Of a stretch of DNA of 64,000 bases, positions 35,208 through 47,073 are shown piece by piece. Both the position numbers and the translations under genes were made by a program. Source of the DNA: Squalus acanthias (Eukaryota); assembly GCA_030390025.1 (NCBI GenBank), contig CM059432.1, positions 103,108,001-103,172,000 of the forward strand, written 5' to 3'. Each line of letters opens with the position of its first letter. Position 1 is the stretch's first letter. Below the pieces are notes generated by a model. That model worked only from the letters and a program-made list of their open reading frames with translations, had not been told where the DNA came from and did no database searches.

Positions 35208-38044
35208 CGCGGATGATTGCATAAACATCATGGCCCTGATGGAAACTTGGTTGAGGGGTGATGGCACCTTACCCTTAAATGAAGCCTCCCCACCTGACTA
35301 TACCTTCCACCACTTGCTCCGCTCAGACCGCCATGGTGGCAGTGTGGCTCTCATCACCAAATCACACCTTGGTCTGTCCCCCTATTCCTCCGGCAGTTTC
35401 TCCTCCTTTGAGCATCTCACCTTATTCCACCCCTCTCACCTCATTTAAAATTCTTGTTCTCTATCGCCCACCCAAGTACCATAAAAATGTTATTACTGAG
35501 ATATCTTCACTGTTCTCCTCCCTCAGCCTCTGCACTGAATGACTTCTCATCCTCAGTGATTTCAACCTTCATCTCAATTCATCATGCTCTCTCCCCTCTG
35601 AGTTCACTAGCCTCCTATCCTCCCTTAATCTCTCCCTCCATGTAAACTCCCCAACCCATATTCACGCCCACCCCCTCGACCTTGCCATCTCTCATGGCCT
35701 TGCTACTCCCATCGTGTCAATTGCAGATATAACCATTTCCTCGTATCGCTTTCCCAACTCTCTTGCAACTGCACTTATGAAATCGCAACTGTCCAGCATC
35801 TGGCCCTCCATTCACCATGACATTTCTGCAGCTATCGATCTGCTCAACCACACCCTCACCACAATCTTTGATGGCCTAGTCCCTACTAAAACAATTACCC
35901 TCTCTCACCCTGGCCGTTCCCCCTGGTATGGCTCTCATCTTCACTCCCTTAAGTCCAAGGGACGCAGACTTGAACGGATATGGCGGACAACTGGTTTAGC
36001 CATTCACCGCCAGATCTGGCTGGACCACATAAAGCATTATTGGGTCGTGCTCTCGTCTGCCAAAATTGCTCACTACTCCAGAATCGTTCTGGAATGCAAA
36101 TATAAACCCCGGCTCCTATTCTCTACTGCTAAACATCTTCTTAAACCCCTCTCCCCTGTCTCCTCCACCCTCACCTCCGATAACAAGTGTGAGGAGAAAA
36201 TGGACTTCTTTATCTCTAAGATTGAGACAATCTGTTCAGCTGCCTCTGCCACTTCCCTTCCTTCCCCTAGCCCACTGGGCCAAACTTCCTCTAAGGTTCC
36301 CCCCTGCCCTAGCCCTGAACTCACACCTTTCTCCAGTTTCTCTCCGATCTCCCCTCATGACCTGTCTGCGCTCATCTTGTCCATGAGACCCACCTCCTGC
36401 TCCCTCGACCCTATTCCCACCAAACTGCTGACCACCCAACTACCTTTTCTGGCTCCCATGTTAGCTGATACTGTTAACGGTTCTCTCTCCTCAGGTACTG
36501 TCCCCTTCTCCCTGAAATCTGCCATCATCATCCCTCTCCTCAAAAAAAAACCCTTGATTCCTCCGTCCTTGCAAACTACTGCCCCATCTCCAACCTCCCT
36601 TTCCTCTCCAAAGTTCTTGAATGTGTGGTCACCTCCCAAATCCGTGCCCATCTTTCCCACAATTCCATGTTTGAATCCCTCCAATCAGGTTTCTGCCCTT
36701 GCCACAGTACCGAAACGGCTCTCATCAAAGTCACAAATGACATCCTATGCGACTGTGACAAAGGTAAACTATCCCTCCTCGTCCTTCTTGACTTGTCTGC
36801 AGCCTTTGACACGGTTGACCACTCCAACGCCTCTCCACTGTCGTCCAGCTGGGTGGGACTGCACTCGCCTGGTTCCATTCTTATCTATCTAATCATAGCC
36901 AGAAAATCACCTGCAACGGCTTCTCTTCCCGCTCCCACATCATTACCTCTGGTGTCCCCCAAGGATCTATCCTTGGCCCCCTCCTATTTCTCATCTACAT
37001 GTTGCCCCTTGGTGACATCATCCGAAAACACAGTGTCAGTTTCCACATGTACGCTGACGACACCCAGCTCTAACTCACTACCTCTTCTCTCGACCCCTCC
37101 ACAGTGTCTAAATTGTCAGACTGCTTGTCTGACATACAGTTCTGGATGAGCAAAAATTTTCTCCAATTAAATATTGGGAAGACCGAAGCCATTGCTTTCG
37201 GTCCCCGCCACAAACTCCGTTCCCTAGCCACTGACTCCATCCCTCTCCCTAACATCTGTCTGAGGCTGAACTACATTGTTCACAACCTTGGTGTCATATT
37301 TGACCCTGAAATGAGCTTCCGACCACATATCCGCAACATAACAAAGAGCACCTATTTCCACCTCCATAACATCGCCCGTCTCCGCCCTTGCCTCAGCTCA
37401 TCCGCTGCTGAAACCCTCATCCATGCCTTTGTTACCTCTAGACTTGACTATTCCAACGCACTCCTGGCTGGCCTCCCACATTCCACCCTACATAAACTTG
37501 AGGTCATCCAAAACTCGGCTGCCCATGTCCTAACTCGCACCAAATCTGGTTCACCCAGCTCCCCTGTGCTCGCTGACCTTCATTGGCTCCCGGTTAAGCA
37601 GCACCTCGATTTCAAAATCCTCACCCTTGTTTTCAAGTCCCTCCGTGGCCTCACTTCTTCCTATCTCTGTAATCTCCTTCAGCCCCACAACCCCCCCATC
37701 CCCCGCCCCCGGCGAGATATCTGCGCTCCTCTAATTCTGCCCTCTTGAGCATTCCTGATTACAATCGCTCAACCTGTGGTGGCCGTGCCTTCTGTTGCCT
37801 GGGCCCTAAGCTCTGAAATTCCCTACCTAAACCTCTCCGCCTCGCTACCTCTCTTTCTTCCTTTAAGACGCTCCTTAAAACCTATTTCTTTGACCAAGCT
37901 TTTGGTCACCTGCCCTAATTTATCCTCATGTGGATTGGTGTCAAATTTTTTGTCTTACAATACGCCTGTGTAGCAATCTTGGGACATTTTACTATGTTAA
38001 AGGCGCTATATAAATACATGTTGTTGTTGTTGTTGTTGTTGTTG
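35208..38044 (+). mobile_element. L2 LINE, 5'-truncated, frameshifted ORF2
   Basis: Motifs [46 protein letters not shown] and SRLDYSNALL, with a (GTT)n tail. It is inserted into an old CR1 fragment (35050-40880). Confidence 0.92.
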
Positions 38045-38066
38045 ATAGTCGGGATGAGAAGTTATA

Positions 38067-38795
38067 GGCCCGTATTTTCCGATGCCTACGAGCTGTGTAC
38101 ACACCCGCAGGGACATCGGAAATGCCGGTTTCAGGCATGCGAAGCGCATGCACTGAAAACCGGCATTTCCGATCTGTCAAGAATTCTCTTGACAGATCGA
38201 ACACCTGTCCTGAAGAAGGGCCTCTGCGGGTGGAGAGTTCCACTTTCTGCAGAACCTCCGCCCGCTGAAATCACTTAAAAATCTTACGCCTGGTAAGAAC
38301 AGGCGTAAGGCTTGCTTTTACGAGCATAAGAGTTTTAAGTTTTTTTTCACTCATTTATAATTTAAAAATACTTTTAAAAAAGGTAAGTTTATTTTTAGCC
38401 CCATAAAAAACTTTAATTTTTTTTAAATTAAATTTTTGTTTAAAATATTTAATTTAAAGTAATTTTAACTAATTTTAAAAACGTGATTTAAAAAAAATGT
38501 ATTTAATGTTTTGATGTGCTTTTGGAGTTATCTCCATTCATACGTTTGACAAGTCTAAGCTGTCAAAAGTATGAAGGGAGATTCCCTTCTCCTATTGGCT
38601 CGCCTGGCCCACGTGATCCCAGGGACGCTTGTGAACCTCATGTGCCCCTGGGATACGTGGACCCTACGCATTTCGTCGTGGAGAGGCCCAGGAGCGGAAA
38701 TGGCCGGAGCTCGGGAGCCCTCAGGGAAGGGCGTAGATTTTTTTCCCGATAGGAGCCTCCGCACGCAGGAAGCCTCCTATTGGAAATTACGGACC
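38067..38795. mobile_element. MITE with internal hairpins
   Basis: TIR GGCCCGTATTTTCC / GGAAATTACGGACC with flanks ATA/ATT. Confidence 0.75.
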
Positions 38796-38883
38796 ATTGT
38801 TCTGATGGAAGGCATGAGCAGAGGAGATTAAATAAAAATGTTCAAAATTATGAAACAGTTTGACAGGGTAAATTGTGAACAAT

Positions 38884-40567
38884 TGTAAGGGGTTCTGTGT
38901 CATGCTGTATCGCAGACGGTGCTGGTGCGAGGTTAGGCCTTCGTTGCCTAATACTATTGCTTGCTCTGGTCTCCGGCCAGCCTTGTTGCAATAAGCACCT
39001 GTGAGTGGTTCGACCCACTCGCCCTTACGGTTCTAACACTGGACTTAGGTTCGAGAGCAGTAATGCAGAGAAAAACTCAAATAGACCCGGTTGAATAGTA
39101 CGAAATGGAAATCTTTATTGCATAGCGTCCAAAATCATGAAGTACATGTCATAGGCACAAATTAACGAGAGTACAAGTATACATACATTCATAAAGCTTG
39201 GTCTATGGTAATGAAGAACGCACGGCACATCGTAAAAAGGGGAACACATTATACTTTATCCTTAATAAAACCACCCTCCCTTATCAATACCTACACTACA
39301 TCTAGATTTGTAGGATCAGGAAACATGCTCACCACTCGTGATACTTCGGAGAATTTTAAAGTGAGGCGCTCGGCTCGTTTCGCTGCAGCGCCTGACTGTC
39401 ACTTGTTTTGAGGGGTCTCTGTACCCCACTTGTTTACTTTCGCTGCTGCTGCAAGCAGGCTGGGCTCCCCGTTGTCATGAAGAACTCGACAGTGCTCGGG
39501 CCCGGTTCGAAGAAGAGTCTTCCTGTGTCCGACACCGGTTGCCGGTAGAATTCAAAGAAGAGTCTTTGACCAGTTCGTGCAGTAACCTGTAGTGTTCGTA
39601 TAAATTCGGCGCGGTCGGGGTTTACTGACCGCGGCGGCACGTGGATTCTTCTTCTTCTCTTCTCATCTCGTCTCGTCTCGTCTCGTCTCTTCGGGTCCAG
39701 AACACCTGTTTACCGACACTCGGGATGGTGCACCCGGTCACTGGCCTTCGTCGGGGCGACTCGTTCCAATTGAGCTCCACCCAACATTCGAATAACCGTC
39801 CAGTGCGGCTAAAAGTCCAGAGTCAACAGTCCAGAGAAACAAGAGCACGAATCAAGCGAATATGAATCGAATCAAGGGAGTAAGAGAATAAGAGCAAAAA
39901 TAAGAGTTCAGCCCGAGTCAAGAGCATCAGCCGAGATAAGAGTCAGAAGAGACCGCTGGACATTTGTTGTCTATAGTTATAGTGCTGTGTTCCCTTATCT
40001 CCCGCTCAAATCTTAATGTTTGTCCTTTGTGAAATATTGGCGCTCAAAACTCCCAGCATGGGGTGATTCTTGTCTTTAACGGGTGTCGGTAGCACCTGAG
40101 ACTGGCCAACTACCCGTTAATGTTTTCCCCATTGTCGAACCGGCTAGGAGCCTCCTGGCTGGGTTTTGGGGGCCCCCGAATACTTGTTTAATCACCCGAG
40201 AATGGCTCTCTCATTGTAGAGCCATGGGGGTATTTGCGTATTGATGTGTCTGGATGGGCCTTCGATTGCCCAGTACAATGGTCCTTACTTGTGCATGGAA
40301 AACGATTCCAGCACTTATATCTTTTGCTATTGTCTCGAATGCAAACAGGTTGCATCCTGTCTTTATCAGTGCTTATCGAAAATGTTTATTCGAACGCCAT
40401 CTTGTCTGCCCACTGTGCTTCTGGAAACTTCTGTCATGATGCACGGTGGCCATGTTACAGGCTTCTGTGTCCTGTTTAATCATGACAGCATTTCGTTTAA
40501 ATAAACTGATCAAACGAATCTGCTTCTATCTCGTTATTTCGAATCGCGATAATTGCGAAACTTTACA
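38884..40567 (-). mobile_element. Solo LTR (1684 bp) related to the 1343-2946 LTR
   Basis: Termini TGTAA...TTACA, 4-bp TSD CAAT, and colinear homology blocks with the 5' LTR. Confidence 0.9.
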
Positions 40568-41062
40568 CAATTATTTCTATTTGTCGGTGAATCAGTAGCA
40601 ATGGGGCACAAACTTGGTACAAGTCGTACAATGGGGATTGGTTAGGAGAAATGTTTTCACGCATGGGTATTAGAATACCACAAGTGACTATCAAAATTAA
40701 GTCAATCATAACATTTAAGAGGTAATTAGATAAGCATTTGGAGAGAAAAATTATTAAAGGTTACAGGAAAAAAGCACAGACATTAGATTAGAAGAGATAG
40801 TTCTGATGTTGAACTAACGCCAGCACAGGCATGATGAGCACAATCATCTCCTTGTCTCCTAGTCTGCTGACATTTCTGTGATCCCGCGATTTTCAAATTC
40901 AAATTTACGTCAACAAAGTCTACAAAATTTGTGCAAAAAGAGCATTCAGACAACTTTGTACTGTGTCACCAGAAAGGCAACTAATAGGCTTCAAATGCTG
41001 CACTCTCCTAAAGGTTAATTCCTAGCCAACAATTGGGCCAAACTAGCAAAAGTTAGGAGAAA

Positions 41063-41167
41063 ATGGTTCTGACGAAAGGTCATCGATCTGAAATGTTAAC
41101 TCTGTTTCTCTCTCCACAGATGCTGCCTGACCTGCTGAGTATTTCCAGCATTTTCTGTTTCTATTTC
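41063..41167 (+). mobile_element. Penelope terminal-repeat fragment with decayed hammerhead
   Basis: CTGACGAAAGGTCATCGATCTGAAATGTTAACTCTG... Confidence 0.8.
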
Positions 41168-44114
41168 GGCGAAAATGGAGCTGGCTTGGATCTAAATATG
41201 AAGCAAAGGCCGAGAAATTCCTCGGAACTATCACCACTCCGCCAGCTTTACTTTGCTGGAAACCCCGGGTTTTTAGCTGCACTTCCGACAGAGCAGGAGT
41301 AATTCTGAGCAATCGCCCAGCCAAGCAGTTCCTCGAATAAGGATGTCCTTAGTTCAAATAGTGCTGTCAGGTTCGTCTTTAATAAACTATTCAAGTCAAC
41401 TCAGGATTGATTTGAAGAATTTAGAGGCTCAAAAGGGGTATTCCAGAGTGGGAGAGTTAAAGAAATTATTGGCTGGCAAATTCCTCAGAGGTGCTCCCGC
41501 TTCGCCAACATTATAATGGGTTTCTGCTGCACTTCTGGCAAATTAATGTTGGCAGAGCAGGAGCAGCTCCAAGGAATTTCCTGGCCATTAACATTCTTTT
41601 GCTGTTTTTTGGAGTCAAAGTAAGACATGCTAATAAGATCCAATTATTCTTGGCCTACTATTACAAATGGAGCAGGAACTTAACTTTACTAGGGTTGGCA
41701 CAAAGTCAGCCAGCAGCTATGTGTCGATAGACATGTCTTCATAGACAAAGGGTCAGGTTCAATAAGGATTGGCTGACTGGCAATTCTCACAGTAGGTTCA
41801 TAGCTAACAGAACATCATAACAATGGCATAAGTGCTGACGACAATGAAAATTTTCCAGTTGCTTTCATTAAGAAAATTTGTAGACTCACTCCATTGCCAC
41901 AACTGCTCTGTCCGTGGCAATTAAAGTGACAACAGCCCTCAACATTTATGGCTCTGGATCCTTCCAGGTTGCCACAGGGCATCTGTGCAACATTAACCGA
42001 GGAGCTGTCAGGGCCTGTATCCAGCAGGCTCCTCTTTCATAGAGCAACCAGATTCATCCACATCGACATCACCCCCAGGCAGCAGAGACACAGAGCCAGG
42101 GATGTGTACAGGATAGCTGAATTCCCAGGGTGTAGGATGCCACGATGGTGCCAACCTAGCAGCCACTGACGTATGTGAATAGGAAGGCTGCCATTCCCAG
42201 AATGTCCATCTGGTCTGTGATGCAGGGCTATGTCCTCACTCGCCGCTGCAAGAGGCACTAGAGTGCAGAATTTGCAGGAAATATTCATCAACTGATCAAC
42301 AGCAGTGGCATCACTTCATTCCTTACCATCGACCCACACTACCTGATGACACCACAGCAGACCTCTTTGGCCCAACAGGACTTTGCCAAGAAGCATCACC
42401 TGAGTGAAGAAGTCCACACCAATGAGTGCTCCCTTTCCTAAAAGATTATCATAACCATAAGCAACAAAGCACAAGATAACTGCCCAGTATATTACAAACA
42501 AAATGTATTTTATTTACAGAAAAAAAATTGTTCCTACTCTTTCTCAGCACCGCACTTCTCCATCATTCCATAACTGTGCTATTCTACCTTCTATCCTAGT
42601 TCTGCGTCTAAGTGCTCCCTGAGGACCTGTAGCGTGAGAGGTGCTTGGCTCTTTGTGCTGTACAAAAGGATCATGAGACTGAGCTGGCCCTTGACTAATG
42701 CTGCTGGCTGCATCTCTGAAAGGTGCTCTTGGACATCCTGATCTCGCCCCCACCATTCTCTGAGGGGGATTGCCAGAGTCCTGGCATTTGCTGCTATCCT
42801 GACAGGACTCCAATCACTGTCATTCCATTGGGCCGTGGATCTGCAGCCCTGCCCCTCCTGAGCAGTTGGATGGCTGGTCTAATGACAGCTTTCAGTCGGT
42901 CCAACCCTGAGACACGGCAGTGGCCATGGCCTACAAGCGACGATCGATACCACGCTGCAATCTGTCCCCATTTGCCTCCACAGCTGCAGTTTGTTCTTCC
43001 ACGGAGGTGGAGCCTCTGACTGGAGCCTTTCATCTGGGGCTCCATTGCAGATGTCAATGCAGCTGCCACTTGTTGCATAGTTGCCTGCAAAGAAGAGAAA
43101 CCTTCCGAGTTTTTGCTGCAAAGGAGAAATGTAGCCTTAAAAGTCACGCCTACCAATTCCGCCACATATGGGAGGCTGTCCTCCGAGCCAACAATTAGGT
43201 TTGATGTTCCTCCAGCATCCTTCTTCTGAGGTGAGTCCCCATGAGTTCTGGGCCCCACAACTCTGAATCATCACAGCCTTCTCCTCTGCCTTCATGGGGA
43301 AGATGGTACATCCTCAAACTCCTCCCACTCCTCTGGTTGCCATGTGCTCAGTGACTCACCTGGTGGTAATTACTCACTATGACTATCTAAATCTCCACCA
43401 CCCCTCCAGGAGAAGGTCCCTCAGCTGGTGCCTGCAAGAGAGAAAGTCAGTGATGCAGGTGGTAATATGGAGGAGAGGCTCGGACCAGAGACAGATGGGC
43501 TAGGATGGTTTGGCTCATCCAGTTGTCATGGCTTGTTCTCCCTCTTTACCTCGTCATATGGTACTAAGCACAAGGATAGGCCAAGGTTCTCTTCCTCCTC
43601 CTTTTCTTGTAGCCCCCATGATTATGGTGGATCTGCAAGAAAGCATGGCAGATTTTGAGAAGGGGTGAGCTTAACTCTCTCAGGATTAAGGTGACAAGGG
43701 GATGGAAGGGTGAATGTGTGTGCACATTTAAGGCTGGTAAGGCGACATTGTAGATGGTGAGTTACTCACCTGGCCTGTGAAGATGACACTGACCTCGGCT
43801 TCCAGTGCAGCTATGTTGGAGAGTGTACCCTTGAAGGTTATGGTCTTCTCCTCATGGGTTGAGGGGACGCAGTATGGGATGTCTCCTCTAATGACCTGCC
43901 TCTGTCTGGAGTTCTGTGTCAGTTTCTCTGGCAGCAACAAAAGTAAATAAGGGTAAGTCTAGCAATGGAGTATTGTGTGGTGAGTATGTTAGGAAAGGTG
44001 AAGTGAGAGATGTATGGGCGTAATGATGTTAGAGTGGAGGATGGTGTTTTGGGGAATGCACAAGGCAGATTTTCTGTTTTAAGGAAGTTGTGTAGCTATA
44101 GTGCAGACATGGGA

Positions 44115-44370
44115 GTTAGTAGGTGCATGGGAACACCATCACCTCCAAGTTCTCCTCGAAGTCACACACCATCCTGACTTATATCGCCATTCCTTCATCA
44201 TCATTGGGTCAAAATCCAGTAACTCCCTACCCAACAGCACTGTGGAAATACATTCATCGCATGCACTGCAGCAGTTCAAGAAGGAGGCTCATCACCACCT
44301 TCTCAAGGACAACTAGGGGTGGCATAATAAATGCTGACCTTCCTAGTGATGCCCATGTCCCGAGAATAAT
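44115..44370 (+). mobile_element. LINE (CR1/L2 group) 3' end fragment
   Basis: NSLPNSTV...LQQFKKEAHHHLLK followed by AATAAA. Confidence 0.6.
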
Positions 44371-47073
44371 TTTTTTTAAAAGGTGCTCTTAATCAGTGTG
44401 TAGTGTGATAGGTTAGTAGTGTGAGTGTTGCTTTAAGAGGGTGAAGAATATGGTGGTGCCCAGGATGGGCAAGGAAGAAAGGAAAACCACATTGAGTGCC
44501 TTAACTTGCCATATCCGATGAGATCATTGAATTATTTCCTGCACTGCTCTGCTGTCCTGAGAATGAAAGAGTTGGCCAACTGTATCAATGCCATCTCCCT
44601 CCAGGCACCACGGCTTAATGCTCTGCTAGGATTGCACGAGCGTAGTCCCAGGAGGCTGTGTCTCCACTCCTCCACCTCTTGCAAGAGGACACTATGGCTA
44701 CACCTAAACACATAAAAGCTGCTTTGCACAACCCCCAAAAAAACTGCCTCCTCTCTAACATCTTCACTGCCCCACATCACTCACTTCACCTCCTCCATCA
44801 AGGTCCTCCTCAGAGAAGTTCACCATTCTCCTCCTACCTCTTCTGTGTTGTAGCTCAGTGGGCACAGGTGCCACCTGCATTTCCATGCTGCTGCCAACAT
44901 AGAACAAAGATGAGGGTTAAAGATGCCAGGGAAAGATTTAAGCACAACTGAGAGAAAAAAAAACACTTGCTGCAACTTTACTTGTCAGTCTCCAGGGGTT
45001 GCACAGGAGTCTGCAGAGTGCTTTTAATCAGTTGCATCATAATTGCACTCAAGTTTCCTGTAGGTTCAGCTGCTTACACTTGTTTTACATGTTAATTATG
45101 CCAGAACTTACACATGTCCATATTTAAATTAACTTACCCAGGAAACTTGTGTGTAACTCACTCTGCAGGTGAATGGGATAACTTTCCAACACAACATCGG
45201 CATAACGCACATCAAGGAAATTCAGGGAGATGGATTCTTAAAAAGAGCTCTCTAACTGTTCTGTCATACCAAATGCCTATAGCCTACTTTGAACTAATCT
45301 TTGAGACCTCCTACCTTCTCAACCACCCATTTTATTGAGCTTGCATCAGCATGATACTATTCATGAATGTCTGATTAGTCATTCTGCACAGTATGAGGAG
45401 CGACGGAGTTGTGGAATTAGAGCTAAGTGTTTAAATTATCCATTATCTAAGAATTAAGAGCATAATATCCTTTAGGTAAACAAATGGACCTAAGAAGCTA
45501 AGTAGCCTAAATAGATCTAAGAGTGCAAATTAAATTAAGATGAGGAAACCAACATTAAATGGATCCAATTTGCATTAAACAAGTATCTGCTATCCATAAA
45601 TAATAAATAATCAGTGATTAATTACTAATTAATTTCAAATCAAACTAATCCATCAGCTAATTAATACTAAACCTCAGGAGATTCTATTAGTTCTAGATAT
45701 AAATTACTGCTAATTAATAAATAAAGATTAGAGATCGCAGCACAGGCAATGTATTGGCACTGTGATATGTGGGAGATTGTTGACAGCAAGACTGTCCCAG
45801 AATGCCACATCTGCAGTAAATGTCTTTGGCTTGAGACAGTCCAGCTCAGAGACTTTGAACTAGAGTGCAAGTTAGAGATGCTCCGACACATAAGGGAGGG
45901 GGGAGGACTTTTTGGATAGTTTTTCCAGAGTACAGTCACACCTCAGAGGAAAGCACAGGTGCAGGAAGGGGCGAGTGTGACTGTTAGTTATCAGGGTAAA
46001 GGGAACCAAGGGGAGATACAGAAGGAGGTCCCGCAGACACTGGTCCTCTCCAACAGGTACAATATACTTGCTACCTGTGAGGAAAAGGATGCAGGCTGTG
46101 GGGTGGACAGCCAGAAACCTAACCATGGCATCATGGAGCAGGAGTCAGCTGAAGAGCAGAATAGAAAGGTTGTAGTCATAGAGGATTCGATAATTATGGG
46201 GCTAGATAGCCTCCTCTGCAGTCGCGACTGAGAGCCCATAAGGGTGTATTGCCTACCTGGTGCAAAGGTAAAGGATATCTTGGAGCAACAGAAGAAGAAC
46301 TTGGAAAGGGAGGGGGAAGTCCAGTTGTCATGGTCCATGTTGGGACCAATGACATAGGGAAGAAAAGGGAGGAGGTCCCGCTAAGGGAATATCAGAAGTT
46401 AGGAACCAAATTAAAAAACAGGTCCTCATGGGCGGTAATCTCAGGATTATTACCCGAGCCACGTGCTAATTGACATAGGGATAGATAGATCAGGAAGGTG
46501 AATGCGTGGCTGAAAGACTGGTGTGGGAAGGAGGGGATCCAATTCATGGGACACTGGCACCAGTACTGGGACAGGAAGGAGCTATACTGTTGGGATGGGC
46601 TCCACCTGAACCAGAGTGAGACCAGTGTCCTCGCAGAAAGGGTAAATAGGGCTGTGGATTGGACTTTAAACTAATAAGACGGGGGAAGATTCAGGTGAAA
46701 ATACATAAGTCTGAAGATAAAAGAGATAGGAGATGAGAGTAAAGGTCAGACCACGGTAAGGAAGAAGGGTAACATAAACAGTCAGGGAGCATACAATTAT
46801 AAAACAGAAGTATAAAAGGACTGTTAAAAATAAAGTAAAAGGAACAACTATTAGAGATGAATTAAACTGCTTGTACAGCAATGTATATAGCATCTAAAAT
46901 AAAAAGGGGGAACTAGAGGCAAGAATCTGTAGTGAGGAACTAGATGTAATAGGAATAACTGAAACATGGCTACATAAAGAATAGGACTGGTAACTAAATA
47001 TTGCAGGTTATAACATAATTTGAAAGGATAGGGAAGGAAGAAGAGAGGAGCTGTTCTAATTAGAGATAATATA

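Larger units (their letters stand above)
41010..45225. mobile_element. Old degenerate Harbinger element (transposase remnant + strand ~41720-42300; Myb remnant - strand ~42560-44890)
   Basis: Peptides TALSVAIKVTTALNIYGSGSFQ and AWREMALIQLANSFILRTAEQCRK*FNDL. The ends are uncertain. Confidence 0.6.

Noticed and set aside
1343..40567. The two LTRs as a pair bounding one giant element
   Set aside because: They are too divergent, the second has its own TSD, and the PBS and gag point away from it.
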